Shown one piece after another: positions 40,523-51,861 of a DNA stretch of 64,000 nt; position 1 is the first letter of the stretch; every line of letters begins with the position of its first letter. The DNA is from Yoonia sp. (GTDB lineage Bacteria; Pseudomonadota; Alphaproteobacteria; Rhodobacterales; Rhodobacteraceae). Location: the NCBI RefSeq assembly GCF_030731595.1, contig NZ_JANQTS010000009.1:7-64006 (forward strand). The letters run 5' to 3'. Both the position numbers and the translations under genes were made by a program. The notes beneath the pieces were generated by a model. The model did not search any database, was not told the DNA's origin, and was given only the letters and a program-made list of their open reading frames with translations.

Positions 40523-41701
40523 ATGAAGATAGAAACGCTGATCATCGGGGCCGGAGCCGCAGGCATGATGTGCGCCGCCCATGCGGGGCGCGGCGTGCTT
40601 GTCGTGGACCACGCCAAAGCGCCGGGCGAAAAGATCCGTATTTCTGGCGGCGGGCGGTGCAACTTTACCAATCTGCACACAAGTCCCGCGAATTTCATCA
40701 GTCAGAACAAGCACTTCAGCAAGTCGGCTCTGGGCCGCTATACACAATGGGATTTTATCGCATTGGTCGATCAGCACCGCATCGCATGGCATGAAAAAAC
40801 GCTGGGGCAGCTTTTCTGCGATGACAGCGCCAAGGACATCATCGCGATGCTGCGGGCCGAGATGGACAAGGCTGGCGCCCAGCTTTGGCTGCACACCGAA
40901 GTGGGCGAAATCGGCCATGACGGGACCCATTTTCAGGTGACCCTGATCCGCGACGGTCGGCACATACAGGTTGAGACAAAGAACCTAGTTGTCGCCTGCG
41001 GCGGCAAGTCCATTCCCAAAATGGGGGCGACAGGTCTGGGATATCAGATCGCCGCACAATTCGGCGTGCCGGTCGTGACACCTCGGCCGGGGCTCGTGCC
41101 GCTGACATTCTCGGACGAGAGGTTCAAACCGCTTGCGGGTGTTGCAACGCCTGCGCGGGTCAGCACACAGGGTGTCAGTTTTGACGAAGCGGTCCTGTTT
41201 ACTCACCGTGGCCTGTCCGGCCCCGCTGTCTTGCAAGTCTCATCCTATTGGCACGAAAGCGTGCCGATCCAGATCAACCTTAACCCCATGGGCGATCTTT
41301 TCGGCGCACTGCAATCGCACCGCCAAAGCGACGGGCGCAAGGCGCTCACCACGGTGCTGGGGCTGCATCTTCCGGCGCGATTGGTGGATTTTCTACGCGC
41401 AGACCTGCCGTTGGAGGGCAATATCGCCGACCAAAGCGACAGCAAGCTCAAAGCTTTGTGTGACGCGCTTTCCGCGTGGTCGCTGATGCCTGCAGGGTCA
41501 GAGGGCTATCGCACGGCAGAGGTGACACTGGGCGGGGTTGATACCGATGCACTGTCATCCAAAACGATGGAAACAAAGGCTGTGGCTGGCCTTTATTTCA
41601 TCGGGGAATGTGTGGATGTGACCGGATGGCTGGGCGGGTATAACTTCCAGTGGGCGTGGTCATCGGGCTGGGCTGCGGGACAGGCGATCAGGGCTGCGTG
41701 A
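40523..41701 (+). CDS. NAD(P)/FAD-dependent oxidoreductase, HI0933/BaiN/YhiN family
   Basis: IIGAGAAG, KIRISGGGRCNFTN, LFTHRGLSGP, AEVTLGGV and GWLGGYNFQWA motifs; true start 40523. Confidence 0.92.
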   Translation: MKIETLIIGAGAAGMMCAAHAGRGVLVVDHAKAPGEKIRISGGGRCNFTNLHTSPANFISQNKHFSKSALGRYTQWDFIALVDQHRIAWHEKTLGQLFCDDSAKDIIAMLRAEMDKAGAQLWLHTEVGEIGHDGTHFQVTLIRDGRHIQVETKNLVVACGGKSIPKMGATGLGYQIAAQFGVPVVTPRPGLVPLTFSDERFKPLAGVATPARVSTQGVSFDEAVLFTHRGLSGPAVLQVSSYWHESVPIQINLNPMGDLFGALQSHRQSDGRKALTTVLGLHLPARLVDFLRADLPLEGNIADQSDSKLKALCDALSAWSLMPAGSEGYRTAEVTLGGVDTDALSSKTMETKAVAGLYFIGECVDVTGWLGGYNFQWAWSSGWAAGQAIRAA

Positions 41702-41724
41702 GGTCAGGTGGATGATGATCCACT

Positions 41725-43119
41725 TTACCCCCCTGTCACACACCGGATAAAATCTTCGCCCCGTTTCTCGAAATTATCATATTGATCAAAGGAGGCCGCA
41801 GCTGGCGCCAAAAGCACCACATCGCCCGGCATTGCATCCGCCGTGGCACGCGCCACAGCCACATCCATGGTCCCGCAAACCTCTGCCTCGGCACCCGTCA
41901 ACTGGCGGGCAAAATCTTCGGCTTCACGCCCGATCACATAGGCTTTGGCCACGTGATCAAGGTAGGGCAACAGCCCGTCCAGGCCGCCCTCCTTTTGCAA
42001 ACCACCGCAAATCCACCGGATTTTCGCAAAAGCCTGCAAGGCTTTGGCCGCACTGTCCACATTGGTGGCTTTGCTGTCGTTCACAAAGATCACACCGTCC
42101 TTTTCGGCCACGACCTGACTGCGATGGGGCAGACCGGGATAGGTCTGCATCGCAGCCTCGATCCCTTTGGGACCCAAGCCCAAGGTCCGACAGGCGGCAT
42201 AGGCTGCGCAAGCGTTCTGGTGATTATGTGCGCCCGGCAGCCCGCGTATGCCGCGCAGATCAATCGAACCCACCTGCCGCCCTTTGCGGTATTCGGACAA
42301 GAACCCTTTGCGTGCAAACACGCTCCAGCCCTGCCCTACCAGCTTTTGTCCCGAAGACACGCGGATCACCCGGTCATCGCCCGGCCCTTCGGAAAGTTGG
42401 TTTGCGATGTAACGCCCTTCGGTTTCATCCACACCGATCACCGCTCTGTCCGGCCCGCCTTCGGCAAAGAGCCTGCGCTTGGCCGCAAAATAGCCGCCAA
42501 ATCCGCCATGACGGTCCAGATGATCCGGGCTCAGGTTGGTCCAGACCGCGACATCAGGGGTAAGGCTGCGTGCCAGATCGGTTTGATAGGAGGAAAGCTC
42601 CAGCACCACCACTTCGCCATCATGCGCCGGTTCGATATCCAGCACGCCGCGGCCGATATTTCCGGCCAGTTGCGACGGGCGGCCATTCTCGACAAGGATG
42701 TGATGGATAAGCGCCGCAGTCGTGGATTTCCCGTTTGAGCCAGTAACGGCGATCACGCGGGGGGCGGTGTCAAACTCTTCCCATTCGGTCGTTGCAAAAG
42801 AGCGAAAGAACAACCCGATATCGTTGTCGACAGGCACATCCGCATCCCATGCAGCTGCGATCACTGGATGAGGCGCAGGGAAAAGATGCGGGATGCCGGG
42901 GCTCACGATCAGGGCAGCGACCCCCTCGAAAGCTGCGGGTTTGGTCAGGTTGCGCACCTCGAAACCCTCGGCCTCTGCGGCTTCGCGCGCTGTCAGACTA
43001 TCATCCCAGACAACGGGGTGCGCATCACCCGCCGCCAGTGCTGCCGCGGCCGCGCGCCCCGTGCGCCCAAGGCCCAGAACAGCAACCGTCAGCCCTGCAT
43101 ATCCTTGGACGGGGATCAT
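41725..43119 (-). CDS. murD: UDP-MurNAc-L-Ala--D-glutamate ligase
   Basis: [28 protein letters not shown] and [11 protein letters not shown] motifs. Confidence 0.97.
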   Translation of the reverse strand: MIPVQGYAGLTVAVLGLGRTGRAAAAALAAGDAHPVVWDDSLTAREAAEAEGFEVRNLTKPAAFEGVAALIVSPGIPHLFPAPHPVIAAAWDADVPVDNDIGLFFRSFATTEWEEFDTAPRVIAVTGSNGKSTTAALIHHILVENGRPSQLAGNIGRGVLDIEPAHDGEVVVLELSSYQTDLARSLTPDVAVWTNLSPDHLDRHGGFGGYFAAKRRLFAEGGPDRAVIGVDETEGRYIANQLSEGPGDDRVIRVSSGQKLVGQGWSVFARKGFLSEYRKGRQVGSIDLRGIRGLPGAHNHQNACAAYAACRTLGLGPKGIEAAMQTYPGLPHRSQVVAEKDGVIFVNDSKATNVDSAAKALQAFAKIRWICGGLQKEGGLDGLLPYLDHVAKAYVIGREAEDFARQLTGAEAEVCGTMDVAVARATADAMPGDVVLLAPAAASFDQYDNFEKRGEDFIRCVTGG

Positions 43120-44201
43120 TACCGCACCTTCAAGGTTGCAAGACCGATCATCGCCAGAATAAGCGAGATGATCCAGAAACGGATGACGATCTGCGGCTCG
43201 GCCCAGCCCTTTTTCTCGTAGTGGTGGTGGATCGGGGCCATCAGGAACACCCGCTTGCCGGTGCGTTTGAAATAGAGCACCTGAATGATCACCGACAGCG
43301 CCTCGACCACGAACAGCCCACCCACGATCGCCAAAACGATCTCGTGCTTGGTGGCCACCGCGATCGCGCCCAAAGCACCGCCCAGCGCCAGTGAACCTGT
43401 GTCGCCCATAAAGACCGCCGCAGGTGGCGCGTTATACCACAAAAAGCCCAAGCCCCCCCCGATCAGACCCATCGAGAAAATCAAGAGCTCACCGGTTTGC
43501 GGCACATAATGCACGTCCAGATATTCGGTAAAGTCGGTCCGCCCGACAGCATAGGCGATCACTCCGAAGGTCCCCGCCGCAATCATCACCGGCATGATCG
43601 CCAGCCCGTCAAGCCCGTCTGTCAGGTTAACCGCATTGGCAGCACCGACGATGACGATGATGGCAAAAGGAATGAAAAGGATGCCAAGGTTGATCAGCGT
43701 ATCCTTGAAAATCGGCAATGCCAGTTGATTGGTCAGGTCATCGGGATGATAGGCCGCGGCCCAATAACCCGCGATCCCGGCGATCAGAATACCCAGCAAG
43801 ATACGCACTTTGCCCGACACGCCCCTGGTGTTCTGCTTGGAGACTTTCGCGTAATCATCCGCAAAGCCGATGGCGGCAAAGGACAGCGTGACAAAAAGCA
43901 CCATCCAGACAAACGGGTTGTCCAGACGCGCCCAAAGCAGCGTCGAAAAGGTCAAGGCGCCCACAATCAGCAACCCGCCCATCGTGGGTGTTCCTGCTTT
44001 TGCAAAATGCCCCTCTGGCCCGTCACCGCGAATTGGCTGGCCTTTGCCCTGCTTGCGCCGCAGCACGTTGATCAATGGAGGCCCAAAGATGAAGCCAAAC
44101 ACCAGTGCCGTGATAAAGGCCCCGCCTGCCCGGAACGTGATATAGCGGAAGAGGTTGAAAAAATCGCCACCGTCCGAGAGCGCTGTGAGCCAATAGAGCA
44201 T
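43119..44201 (-). CDS. mraY: Phospho-N-acetylmuramoyl-pentapeptide transferase
   Basis: [28 protein letters not shown] and MAPIHHHYE motifs; start MLYWL at 44201. Confidence 0.98.
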   Translation of the reverse strand: MLYWLTALSDGGDFFNLFRYITFRAGGAFITALVFGFIFGPPLINVLRRKQGKGQPIRGDGPEGHFAKAGTPTMGGLLIVGALTFSTLLWARLDNPFVWMVLFVTLSFAAIGFADDYAKVSKQNTRGVSGKVRILLGILIAGIAGYWAAAYHPDDLTNQLALPIFKDTLINLGILFIPFAIIVIVGAANAVNLTDGLDGLAIMPVMIAAGTFGVIAYAVGRTDFTEYLDVHYVPQTGELLIFSMGLIGGGLGFLWYNAPPAAVFMGDTGSLALGGALGAIAVATKHEIVLAIVGGLFVVEALSVIIQVLYFKRTGKRVFLMAPIHHHYEKKGWAEPQIVIRFWIISLILAMIGLATLKVR

Positions 44202-44211
44202 CTGATATCCC

Positions 44212-45645
44212 TTATTCTTCTTGAGGGCGGCGATGCCCCAGTTTGCGGATGGCGTCAACGACGATACTGATTTTGCTGCCCTTGGACCCTTTGACCAGAA
44301 CCACATCTCCCGCATCAACCAGCCGCGAGACTTTGGGGACCAGTTCGGCTGCCGTTTCGGCCCATTGCCCGCGTTGTGCTTCGGGTAAAGCGAGCCAGAG
44401 GTGATGCATCAGCGGTCCTGCACAATGGATCACATCTAGGCTTTGCAGATGGGTGTTCGCGGCCATATCCCGATGCATCTGCACCTCGGCCTGTCCCAGT
44501 TCCAGCATATCGCCAAGGATGGCAATCCGCCGTCCCTTGATATGACGCCCGACATTGTCGGTTGGTTTGGATGCCGCCAGAACTTCGAGCGATGCCGCCA
44601 GCGAGGTTGGATTGGCGTTAAAGGCATCATCCAGCAAGGCAAGGCTTTCGCCGTCGTTTGCCATGTCCGTCACAATAATCTCGCGCGTCCCGCGCCCCGC
44701 AGGTGGAACCCAGTTGGCAATATCCAGCGATGCGGCAACCGGATCAGCACCCAAGGCTTCGGCAACAGCCAAGACGCCAACCGCATTGTTTGCAAAATGG
44801 CGACCGGGCACCGAGAGCTTAAAGAGATAATCCGTGCCTTGGGATGTTGCCTTTATCACGGTCGCCTCGCCGCAAAGCCTGACATGATTGATGGTCCAGT
44901 CCGGGCCCTTTTCCCCGAACAGTACCTGTTGGGCGCCAAGCGCGCGGGCGTGATCCTGCAAAATATGACTGGTCTCGATATCCCCATTGAGCACCGCAAT
45001 GCCGCCCGGCTCCAGCCCGTCCATGATGCTGGCCTTTTCAACGGCAATCCCTGCGAGGTTCTCGAAAGACGCCAGATGCGCCGCCGCGACGGTTGTGACC
45101 ATGGCCACATGCGGGCGCGCCATTTGTGACAATGGCGTGATTTCGCCGGGATTGCTCATCCCGATCTCGATCACGGCATAATCGGTATCGGCTGGCATCC
45201 GCGCCAAGGTCAGCGGCACACCCCAATGATTGTTGTAGGAGGCTTCAGCCGCATGGCATCTGCCCTGCATCGACAAGACCGCGCGCAGCATTTCCTTGGT
45301 CGAGGTTTTTCCGACGGACCCCGTGATGGCCGCAATGCGCGCCTGGGTGCGCGCGCGGGCCGCAACACCCAAGCCTTCCAAAGCGGTCAGCACATCGGAC
45401 ACGATCAGCAAAGGCGCGTCCTCTCCCACACCCTCTGGGCGATGCGTCACTAATGCCGCAGCCGCCCCTTTTTCCAGCGCTTGTGCGACAAAATCATGAC
45501 CGTCGCGGATATCCTTCAGGGCGACAAAAAGGTCACCGGGTTGGATCGTGCGCGTATCAATCGATACGCCGCTGGCTTCCCAAGTCGTTGTGGTCTGTCC
45601 ACCTGTTGCAGCGGCGGCCTCATCCGAGGTCCAAAGCGCGGTCAT
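44212..45645 (-). CDS. murF: UDP-MurNAc-tripeptide--D-Ala-D-Ala ligase
   Basis: [25 protein letters not shown] and GDMLELG motifs. Confidence 0.97.
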   Translation of the reverse strand: MTALWTSDEAAAATGGQTTTTWEASGVSIDTRTIQPGDLFVALKDIRDGHDFVAQALEKGAAAALVTHRPEGVGEDAPLLIVSDVLTALEGLGVAARARTQARIAAITGSVGKTSTKEMLRAVLSMQGRCHAAEASYNNHWGVPLTLARMPADTDYAVIEIGMSNPGEITPLSQMARPHVAMVTTVAAAHLASFENLAGIAVEKASIMDGLEPGGIAVLNGDIETSHILQDHARALGAQQVLFGEKGPDWTINHVRLCGEATVIKATSQGTDYLFKLSVPGRHFANNAVGVLAVAEALGADPVAASLDIANWVPPAGRGTREIIVTDMANDGESLALLDDAFNANPTSLAASLEVLAASKPTDNVGRHIKGRRIAILGDMLELGQAEVQMHRDMAANTHLQSLDVIHCAGPLMHHLWLALPEAQRGQWAETAAELVPKVSRLVDAGDVVLVKGSKGSKISIVVDAIRKLGHRRPQEE

Positions 45646-47129
45646 ATCCGGCCCTCCAAAGCAGCGACGGCCACGCTGGCCTGCTCCACATCATCAAAAG
45701 GCAGAACAGTATCGCCCACGATCTGCCCCGGTTCATGGCCTTTGCCCGCAATCAGCAAGGCATCGCCCGCGCCCAACATATCCACCCCGCGCAAGATCGC
45801 CTCGGCCCTGTCGCCAACTTCAGTGATACTGTCCGACCCGCCCGCTGCCAGCGCGCCAGCCATCACCGCTGCGCGAATGGCGCTTGGCTCTTCAGAGCGT
45901 GGGTTGTCGTCTGTCACAATGACTGTGTCGGCGTTTTGCGCCGCAGCGGCCCCCATCAAAGGGCGCTTGGCTGTGTCACGATCCCCACCCGCACCGACAA
46001 TCACGACGATCCGGCCCATCACATGCGGGCGCATGGCCTTGAGCGCAGTTTCAACTGCATCCGGCGTATGGGCGTAATCGACGAAAACAGCCGCACCATT
46101 GTCACGGGTTGCGGCAAGTTCCATACGGCCGCGCACCGTGGTCAGATGCGGCAGCGTATCGAAGACATCCGCAGGATCAGCACCGGCGGCAATCACCAGC
46201 CCTGCGGCAAGCAAGACATTTTCGGCCTGAAAACCGCCAATCAGTGCAAGGCGGGCCTGCCGCGCGCGCCCTTGCCATTCAAACAGGACTTCCTGCCCCG
46301 TTGCATCAAACCGCTGCCCCGTCAGGCGCAAGCGTGCATTCGGATGACGGCCAACGCCGATCACCTCTTGCCCGCGCGCCGCACATATGGCCACGACCTC
46401 GGCGCTTTTGGGATCATCAAGGTTGATGACTGCCACGCCATCGTCAGAAAGCACCCGATTGAACAGGCCCATCTTGGCGGCAAAATAGGCTTCGAACGTA
46501 TGATGATAGTCCAGATGATCCTGAGAAAAATTCGAAAAACCTGCGGCAGCCAGCAGAACACCATCCAAACGGCGCTGATCGAGCCCATGCGATGAGGCCT
46601 CCATCGCTACATGGGTCACGCCGTTCTTGGCGGCCTCTGCCATGACACGATGCAGGGTGATCGGCTCTGGCGTCGTATGTTTCAAAGGGTGGCTCCAAGC
46701 CCCTTCCACGCCTGTGGTGCCCAGATTGACGCCGGCTATGCCCAGTTCTTCCCAAATCTGGCGGCAAAAGGTCGAGACCGAGGTTTTGCCATTTGTGCCA
46801 GTGACCGCAACGACGGTGGCCGGATGCGCACCAAACCAGAGCGATGCAGTTTGCGCCAGCGCCTGCCGCGGATCTTGGGCCACGATCAGCGCAGCATCGC
46901 TCGCGGCCAGTTCGGCGGCCGCAATCCGCGCGCCTTCCGCATCTGTCAGGATCGCGCCAGCCTTCATGCGCAGGGCATATTGGATGAATTCACCGCCATG
47001 CACTTTTGCACCCGGCAATGCAGCAAACAGGAACCCCGGCTTTACCTCGCGGCTATCAACAGCCAAGCCGGTGATCTGCGCCTCGCGCCCGCCTTGTGCC
47101 CTCAGCCCCAGTTCCGCCAGAGATTTCAT
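45642..47129 (-). CDS. murE: UDP-MurNAc-dipeptide--meso-DAP ligase
   Basis: TGTNGKTS, EASSHG, DYAHTPD and DNPR motifs. Confidence 0.97.
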   Translation of the reverse strand: MKSLAELGLRAQGGREAQITGLAVDSREVKPGFLFAALPGAKVHGGEFIQYALRMKAGAILTDAEGARIAAAELAASDAALIVAQDPRQALAQTASLWFGAHPATVVAVTGTNGKTSVSTFCRQIWEELGIAGVNLGTTGVEGAWSHPLKHTTPEPITLHRVMAEAAKNGVTHVAMEASSHGLDQRRLDGVLLAAAGFSNFSQDHLDYHHTFEAYFAAKMGLFNRVLSDDGVAVINLDDPKSAEVVAICAARGQEVIGVGRHPNARLRLTGQRFDATGQEVLFEWQGRARQARLALIGGFQAENVLLAAGLVIAAGADPADVFDTLPHLTTVRGRMELAATRDNGAAVFVDYAHTPDAVETALKAMRPHVMGRIVVIVGAGGDRDTAKRPLMGAAAAQNADTVIVTDDNPRSEEPSAIRAAVMAGALAAGGSDSITEVGDRAEAILRGVDMLGAGDALLIAGKGHEPGQIVGDTVLPFDDVEQASVAVAALEGRI

Positions 47130-47142
47130 CGCCTGCCCTCGA

Positions 47143-48927
47143 TCAGTTTGAGGTGAGTGTTACACCGACGGGTTGAGAACTGTCCACTTGTGGCCTGAGC
47201 CCCAGCAAAGGGGCAACGCGGCGGATCATTTCAGCGGCCACTGGCACGGCAGTCCAACCCGCTGTCCGACGCGGCTCGACGCCCGTATTCTCGGACGGTT
47301 CGTCGAAGGTGACGATCAAGACATATTGCGGATCATTCGCCGGAAAAATGGAGGCAAAGGTGGAAATGACCTTGTCGTCATAGTAACCGCCGCCCGCAGC
47401 ACGCGGTTTGTCCGCAGTCCCTGTTTTGCCACCCACCGCATAGCCCGGAACATTGGCAAAAGAAGCCGTGCCGCGTGACACGACCTGCCGCAGCATGTCG
47501 CGTGACCGCGCGCTGACCGCTTCGCTGACAATGCGCGGGCCAACCTCGACCGTATCGCGGCGCAACAAGGTCGGTTGCACGCGCGTTCCGCCATTCACCA
47601 AAGATGCATAGCCAGCGGCCAAATGCACCGGCGAAGATGACAACCCGTGACCGTAAGAGATTGTCATTGTTGAAATTTCAGACCAATTCGTAGGCAACAG
47701 CGGTCTTCCGGTCGGTGCTTCGATCATCTCGAGCGGGGTCGGTTCCAGAAAGCCCAGCGCGCCGAGAAATTCCCGTTGGCGCTCTGCACCGATCAGCATC
47801 GCAATGCGCGCAGTCCCGATGTTGGAGCTTTCCACAATCACATCTGTCGTGCTCAACTCTGGCCCGTAGTCGTGAAAGTCGCGGATGCGAAAGCGGCCCC
47901 AGGTCAGCGGACCTGTGGTGTCGATCATGGTATTGGCGTTCACCAACCCAAGCTCCATCGCTTGCGCCGCTGTAAATATCTTGAAGACCGAGCCCAGTTC
48001 ATAAACGCCCTGTACCGCACGATTGAACAACGGGCTGTCAGACTGATCGCCCGTTGTCAGCACACGGGGGCGGTTGTTGGGGTCGAAATCGGGGAGCGAG
48101 ACCATAGAGATAATCTCGCCGGTGTGCACATCCATCAAAACAGAAGCCGCACCCTTGGCGTTCATGATCGACATGCCACCGGCCAGAACCTGCTCTGCCG
48201 CCGCCTGCACCGTCAGGTCTAGCGACAGTTGCAAGGGCGCACCTTCATTCGCAGGGTCACGCAGGAAGCTGTCAAACTGCCGTTCAACCCCGGCCACGCC
48301 AATGACCTCGGCCGATGCCACGCCTTCACGGCCATAGCTGGCCCCGCCAAGGATATGGGCCGCAATCGGGCCATTGGGATAAAGCCGCATCTCGCGCGGG
48401 CCGAACAGCAGACCAGGCGAGCCGATATCATGCACGGCCTGCATCTGTTCGGGACTGATCTGGCGTCTGATCCACAAGAAACGGCGGTCGCCGGTAAAAT
48501 CCTTGAGCAGTTCCGCCTCGTCCAGTTCGGGGAAAATCTGTGCCAGACCTTTGGCCGCATTGGCAGGGTCAATCATGTCACGCGGATGGGCATACAGCGA
48601 ATGGGTGGCCAGATTGGTCGCCAGAATCCGGCCGTTTCTATCAACGATATCAGAGCGTTGTCCGATAATGGGATTGCCCGCGACCGACGCGCGCGGCTCT
48701 TCGGGAACAGACGAGGCCAATGCGCCCATGCGCATCCCGATCAGACCAAAGGCACAAAAGAATGCAAGACCCAGCACCAGCAAACGCCCCTCGGCGCGTT
48801 GCCGCTGCTTGTCGGCCATGGCCTCGTGGCGTTTCGCACGGTTCTCTGCCTCGATTGCATCGGGGTTTTCGCCCTGTTCGCGGGCCTTGAGAACGCGCGC
48901 AAGCGGGCGCAGGGGCTCGCGGATCAT
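47143..48927 (-). CDS. ftsI: Penicillin-binding protein FtsI (class B)
   Basis: SxxK (GSVFK), SxN (SSN) and KTG motifs. Confidence 0.95.
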   Translation of the reverse strand: MIREPLRPLARVLKAREQGENPDAIEAENRAKRHEAMADKQRQRAEGRLLVLGLAFFCAFGLIGMRMGALASSVPEEPRASVAGNPIIGQRSDIVDRNGRILATNLATHSLYAHPRDMIDPANAAKGLAQIFPELDEAELLKDFTGDRRFLWIRRQISPEQMQAVHDIGSPGLLFGPREMRLYPNGPIAAHILGGASYGREGVASAEVIGVAGVERQFDSFLRDPANEGAPLQLSLDLTVQAAAEQVLAGGMSIMNAKGAASVLMDVHTGEIISMVSLPDFDPNNRPRVLTTGDQSDSPLFNRAVQGVYELGSVFKIFTAAQAMELGLVNANTMIDTTGPLTWGRFRIRDFHDYGPELSTTDVIVESSNIGTARIAMLIGAERQREFLGALGFLEPTPLEMIEAPTGRPLLPTNWSEISTMTISYGHGLSSSPVHLAAGYASLVNGGTRVQPTLLRRDTVEVGPRIVSEAVSARSRDMLRQVVSRGTASFANVPGYAVGGKTGTADKPRAAGGGYYDDKVISTFASIFPANDPQYVLIVTFDEPSENTGVEPRRTAGWTAVPVAAEMIRRVAPLLGLRPQVDSSQPVGVTLTSN

Positions 48928-49283
48928 AGCGGATCCTCGACGTTGGTAAACGCATCAGACGACAGTTCGACCGGGTCGGTGATCGGCAGGATCGGCGGGA
49001 TCGGATAGATGATCTGATCAACCGCACCAAAGGCATCCGGCATCAAAGGCAACAGGCCCAGTCGGTCAAAGTTCAGGTCCGCAAGATCGGCAAGGCGGTC
49101 TGGCCGGTTCAGATAGGCCCATTCCGCACGCAGCATGCCCAACCGCTCGTGGGCTGCACCAATCTGCCCATGCAGGTCACGCACATCGCCAATGGCCGCT
49201 TGGGTCTTGTAGTTTTCCTGATAGGCCCAGAACGCGAGCCCCATCACGGCGAAAGCGGCCAAAACATAAAACAAGCCACGCAT
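48924..49283 (-). CDS. ftsL: Cell division protein FtsL
   Basis: TM plus coiled coil, LRAEWAYLNRPDRL; located between rsmH and ftsI. Confidence 0.9.
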   Translation of the reverse strand: MRGLFYVLAAFAVMGLAFWAYQENYKTQAAIGDVRDLHGQIGAAHERLGMLRAEWAYLNRPDRLADLADLNFDRLGLLPLMPDAFGAVDQIIYPIPPILPITDPVELSSDAFTNVEDPL

Positions 49284-50267
49284 CTACCTGCCCCCCTTCT
49301 TTTGCTTTTTCATCGGCATGCCCAACTCTGCCGGATCAATATCTTTCGCGGGCGCAGCCGTGCGGATCGCCACACGCAACTTGGCCGAACGCGAACGCGG
49401 GTTTTCTGATAACTCCTGATCGTCCGGCCCGAGTGCCTTGCGCTTTTCAATCCGCCAAGCCGGGGTGACCTGTGAGGTCTCGGGCGCGTAGCGGTTCGCA
49501 TTTGCGGTGTTGCCAGAGCGGGCTTGCAGGAACCGTTTGACCATCCGGTCCTCGACCGAGTGGAACGTCACGACAGCCAACTGCCCACCCGGTTTCAGCG
49601 CACGCTCTGCCGCCATGAGACCTGCTGCCAGCTCGCCATATTCGTTATTCACCGCGATCCGCAGCGCCTGAAAAGTGCGCGTTGCGGGATGTGATTGGCC
49701 GGGTTTGGCGCGCGGCAGGCAACTTTCCACGATTTTGGCCAGTTGCAGCGTCGTCGTCAGAGGGCGGGCCGCGACAATCGCCTTGGCGATGCGCCGCGAT
49801 GCGCGTTCTTCCCCGTAAAGGTAGATGATATCGGCAAGTTCCGCTTCGTCCGCGTTATTGCACAGATCGGCCGCCGAAGGCCCCTCTTGCGACATCCGCA
49901 TGTCCAGTGGCCCATCACGCATAAAGGAGAACCCGCGTTCGGCCAGATCAAGCTGCATGGAACTCACGCCCAGATCCAAGACAACGCCATCCAGATCAGA
50001 GGCATAGTCGTCCAACTTTGAAAATACGCCCGCGACCGTTTCAATCCGGTCACCATAAGTGCCGATCCAATCCGCAGCCATTTCAAACGCCAGCGGATCA
50101 CGGTCCACGCCGATCACTTTGTCAGCGCCAGCGGCCAGCAAAGCGCGAGTATATCCGCCATTGCCAAAGGTTCCGTCCAACCAGACCCCTGAAACAGGCG
50201 AGACCGCTGCGATGAGCGGTCTAATCAGAACAGGAATATGGGGTGAGGTTTCAGCGGCAGCGGACAT
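49284..50267 (-). CDS. rsmH: 16S rRNA m4C1402 methyltransferase
   Basis: [34 protein letters not shown] and [10 protein letters not shown] motifs. Confidence 0.98.
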   Translation of the reverse strand: MSAAAETSPHIPVLIRPLIAAVSPVSGVWLDGTFGNGGYTRALLAAGADKVIGVDRDPLAFEMAADWIGTYGDRIETVAGVFSKLDDYASDLDGVVLDLGVSSMQLDLAERGFSFMRDGPLDMRMSQEGPSAADLCNNADEAELADIIYLYGEERASRRIAKAIVAARPLTTTLQLAKIVESCLPRAKPGQSHPATRTFQALRIAVNNEYGELAAGLMAAERALKPGGQLAVVTFHSVEDRMVKRFLQARSGNTANANRYAPETSQVTPAWRIEKRKALGPDDQELSENPRSRSAKLRVAIRTAAPAKDIDPAELGMPMKKQKKGGR

Positions 50268-50272
50268 AAGTG

Positions 50273-50767
50273 TTACCCGTCCAAGAGGATCAGCGGATCA
50301 AAGCCATCCCCCTGCTCGCTTAGCCAGGCGGCCATTTCGTCGGCGACTTCATTGGTGTAGGTCTCGGCCTTCCATATCTCGAAATGGTCGCCCATGCCGG
50401 TAAAGGTCAACTCTCCCTCAGCAATCCCCAGCTTCTGACGCTGACTGATCGGCATGACCGTGCGCCCATCTCTGTCGACATCCAGCAGGATGGATTGGCC
50501 AATGATCAGGCGAGAGAGTTTTTTCTTCTTGTCCGACCCACGCGGCAAGGCATTGATCTGGTCGATGACCGCGCGAAACTCGTCAACGGTATAGCCGTGC
50601 AACTGATTGCTCAGATGCTCACCATACAAAAGATACATGCGGGGAAAGAGGCCGGGCGTCCAATCGGGGTCTCCGGTTTCAAGCACACGACGGAAATCGG
50701 CAGGGATCGACATGCGTCCCTTCCCGTCCACCTTTTGGGTGTGTGTACCTGTAAAACTCAGAACCAC
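50273..50767 (-). CDS. mraZ: Transcriptional regulator MraZ
   Basis: Two SpoVT/AbrB repeats ([10 protein letters not shown] and [10 protein letters not shown]), GMGDHFEIW; GTG start at 50767. Confidence 0.93.
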   Translation of the reverse strand: MVLSFTGTHTQKVDGKGRMSIPADFRRVLETGDPDWTPGLFPRMYLLYGEHLSNQLHGYTVDEFRAVIDQINALPRGSDKKKKLSRLIIGQSILLDVDRDGRTVMPISQRQKLGIAEGELTFTGMGDHFEIWKAETYTNEVADEMAAWLSEQGDGFDPLILLDG

Positions 50768-50810
50768 TGTCCCTCGGCCCTCAAATCCCCCTAAAAATGC
50801 TTTGGATGTG

Positions 50811-50850
50811 AAAACGGCGGATTGATCTGCTGCCACTGATCAATCCGCCG
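50811..50850 (-). terminator. Intrinsic terminator inside the mraZ leader
   Basis: Perfect CGGCGGATTGATC-N10-GATCAATCCGCCG stem with TTTT on the minus strand, 44 nt before the mraZ start. Confidence 0.85.
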
Positions 50851-51021
50851 CCCTCGTCCCATTTCTGGGATAGTCCGACTGCGCGTGCCACCTGGGGGGA
50901 TGTCTGCTCGCTCACGCGCCGGATCTTCATTGCGGTAATGGCGAAGCCTGTATGAAACCTGCTTTTGCCGGTAGGGGTTCTTAATTTGCCCCTTTGAAAT
51001 TGTGTCCGTCATTACCGTGAG
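50811..51021 (-). ncRNA. upsM: Extended mraZ 5' leader / UpsM-like sRNA
   Basis: About 210 nt between a sigma70-like promoter and a 13-bp terminator stem. Position and length match UpsM of Rhodobacter sphaeroides; the resemblance is from memory, not an alignment. Confidence 0.75.
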
Positions 51022-51024
51022 ACA

Positions 51025-51086
51025 GTTGTGGCATCAGTTTCATCACCGATCAACACTTTTTTGGGATTTCATGGTACTACATGGTG
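51025..51086 (-). promoter_or_regulatory. dcw promoter (TTGATC-N17-CACAAC) with upstream 10-bp-phased TGG boxes (MraZ-type)
   Basis: -35 at 51053-51048 and -10 at 51030-51025; TGGGA/TGGTA/TGGTG at 51062, 51072 and 51082 on the + strand. Confidence 0.5.
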
Positions 51087-51360
51087 TTCCGGAACGGCAT
51101 CGCGAACAAGATGTTGGTCCAATCAGAGGGAATTCGCAATATATGCAGCGAAATTCGGCAATCTATCTACAAAATGTAGTGCAAGTCGGACAAAAAGCGA
51201 TCTGTTCCATAAAATCCCAAAAACTTGGAAAAAGATCAGACAAAAACACTATTTTTCAAATTTGCGCTGCTCAGGACCAAAAATCAATCGGAATTTGATT
51301 CGAATTCTGGATCGATTCCATGAATTCCCGACGCTGTGGCAGAATCATCGATGATCCGTG

Positions 51361-51861
51361 CTATCGCGTCTCATCGCGCAGTGCTTTGTGCATCACAAAG
51401 GCATCGACATAGCCCTGTGTCGGGTGCGCGAAGGCCAGAGGGATTGTTCCCACCGTCGTGAACCCCAACCGATGCCAGAGCCGGACAGCCCCCGCATTGG
51501 AGGCCAGAACAAAGTTGAACTGCATCGCGAGGTAACCCAAGGCCTGCGCTTCGGCCTGACTATGCGCGCACATTTGTGCCGCGATCCCCCGCCCGCGCGC
51601 ATCGGGATCAACAATATAGCCGCAGTTGCAGATATGCGCCCCGCCGCCGGGTTGATTGGTCTTGATATAATAGGTCCCGACGATGCGACCCGCGGCCTCG
51701 GCTATATAGGTCGCCTTGGCCTGTCCCATCCAATAATCCCTTGCCTGCGCTGCGGTGATGTCGGGATCAACAGCATAAGTCTCGCCCGCCCGAAACACAT
51801 CGCGCAGCATGGGCCAGATAAGATCGAAATCTTCTGGCACAGCAGCGCGGATGGTGATCAA
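51361..51861 (-). CDS. GNAT family N-acetyltransferase
   Basis: [22 protein letters not shown] and [10 protein letters not shown] motifs; TTG start overlaps the mrp stop. Confidence 0.9.
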   Translation of the reverse strand: MITIRAAVPEDFDLIWPMLRDVFRAGETYAVDPDITAAQARDYWMGQAKATYIAEAAGRIVGTYYIKTNQPGGGAHICNCGYIVDPDARGRGIAAQMCAHSQAEAQALGYLAMQFNFVLASNAGAVRLWHRLGFTTVGTIPLAFAHPTQGYVDAFVMHKALRDETR

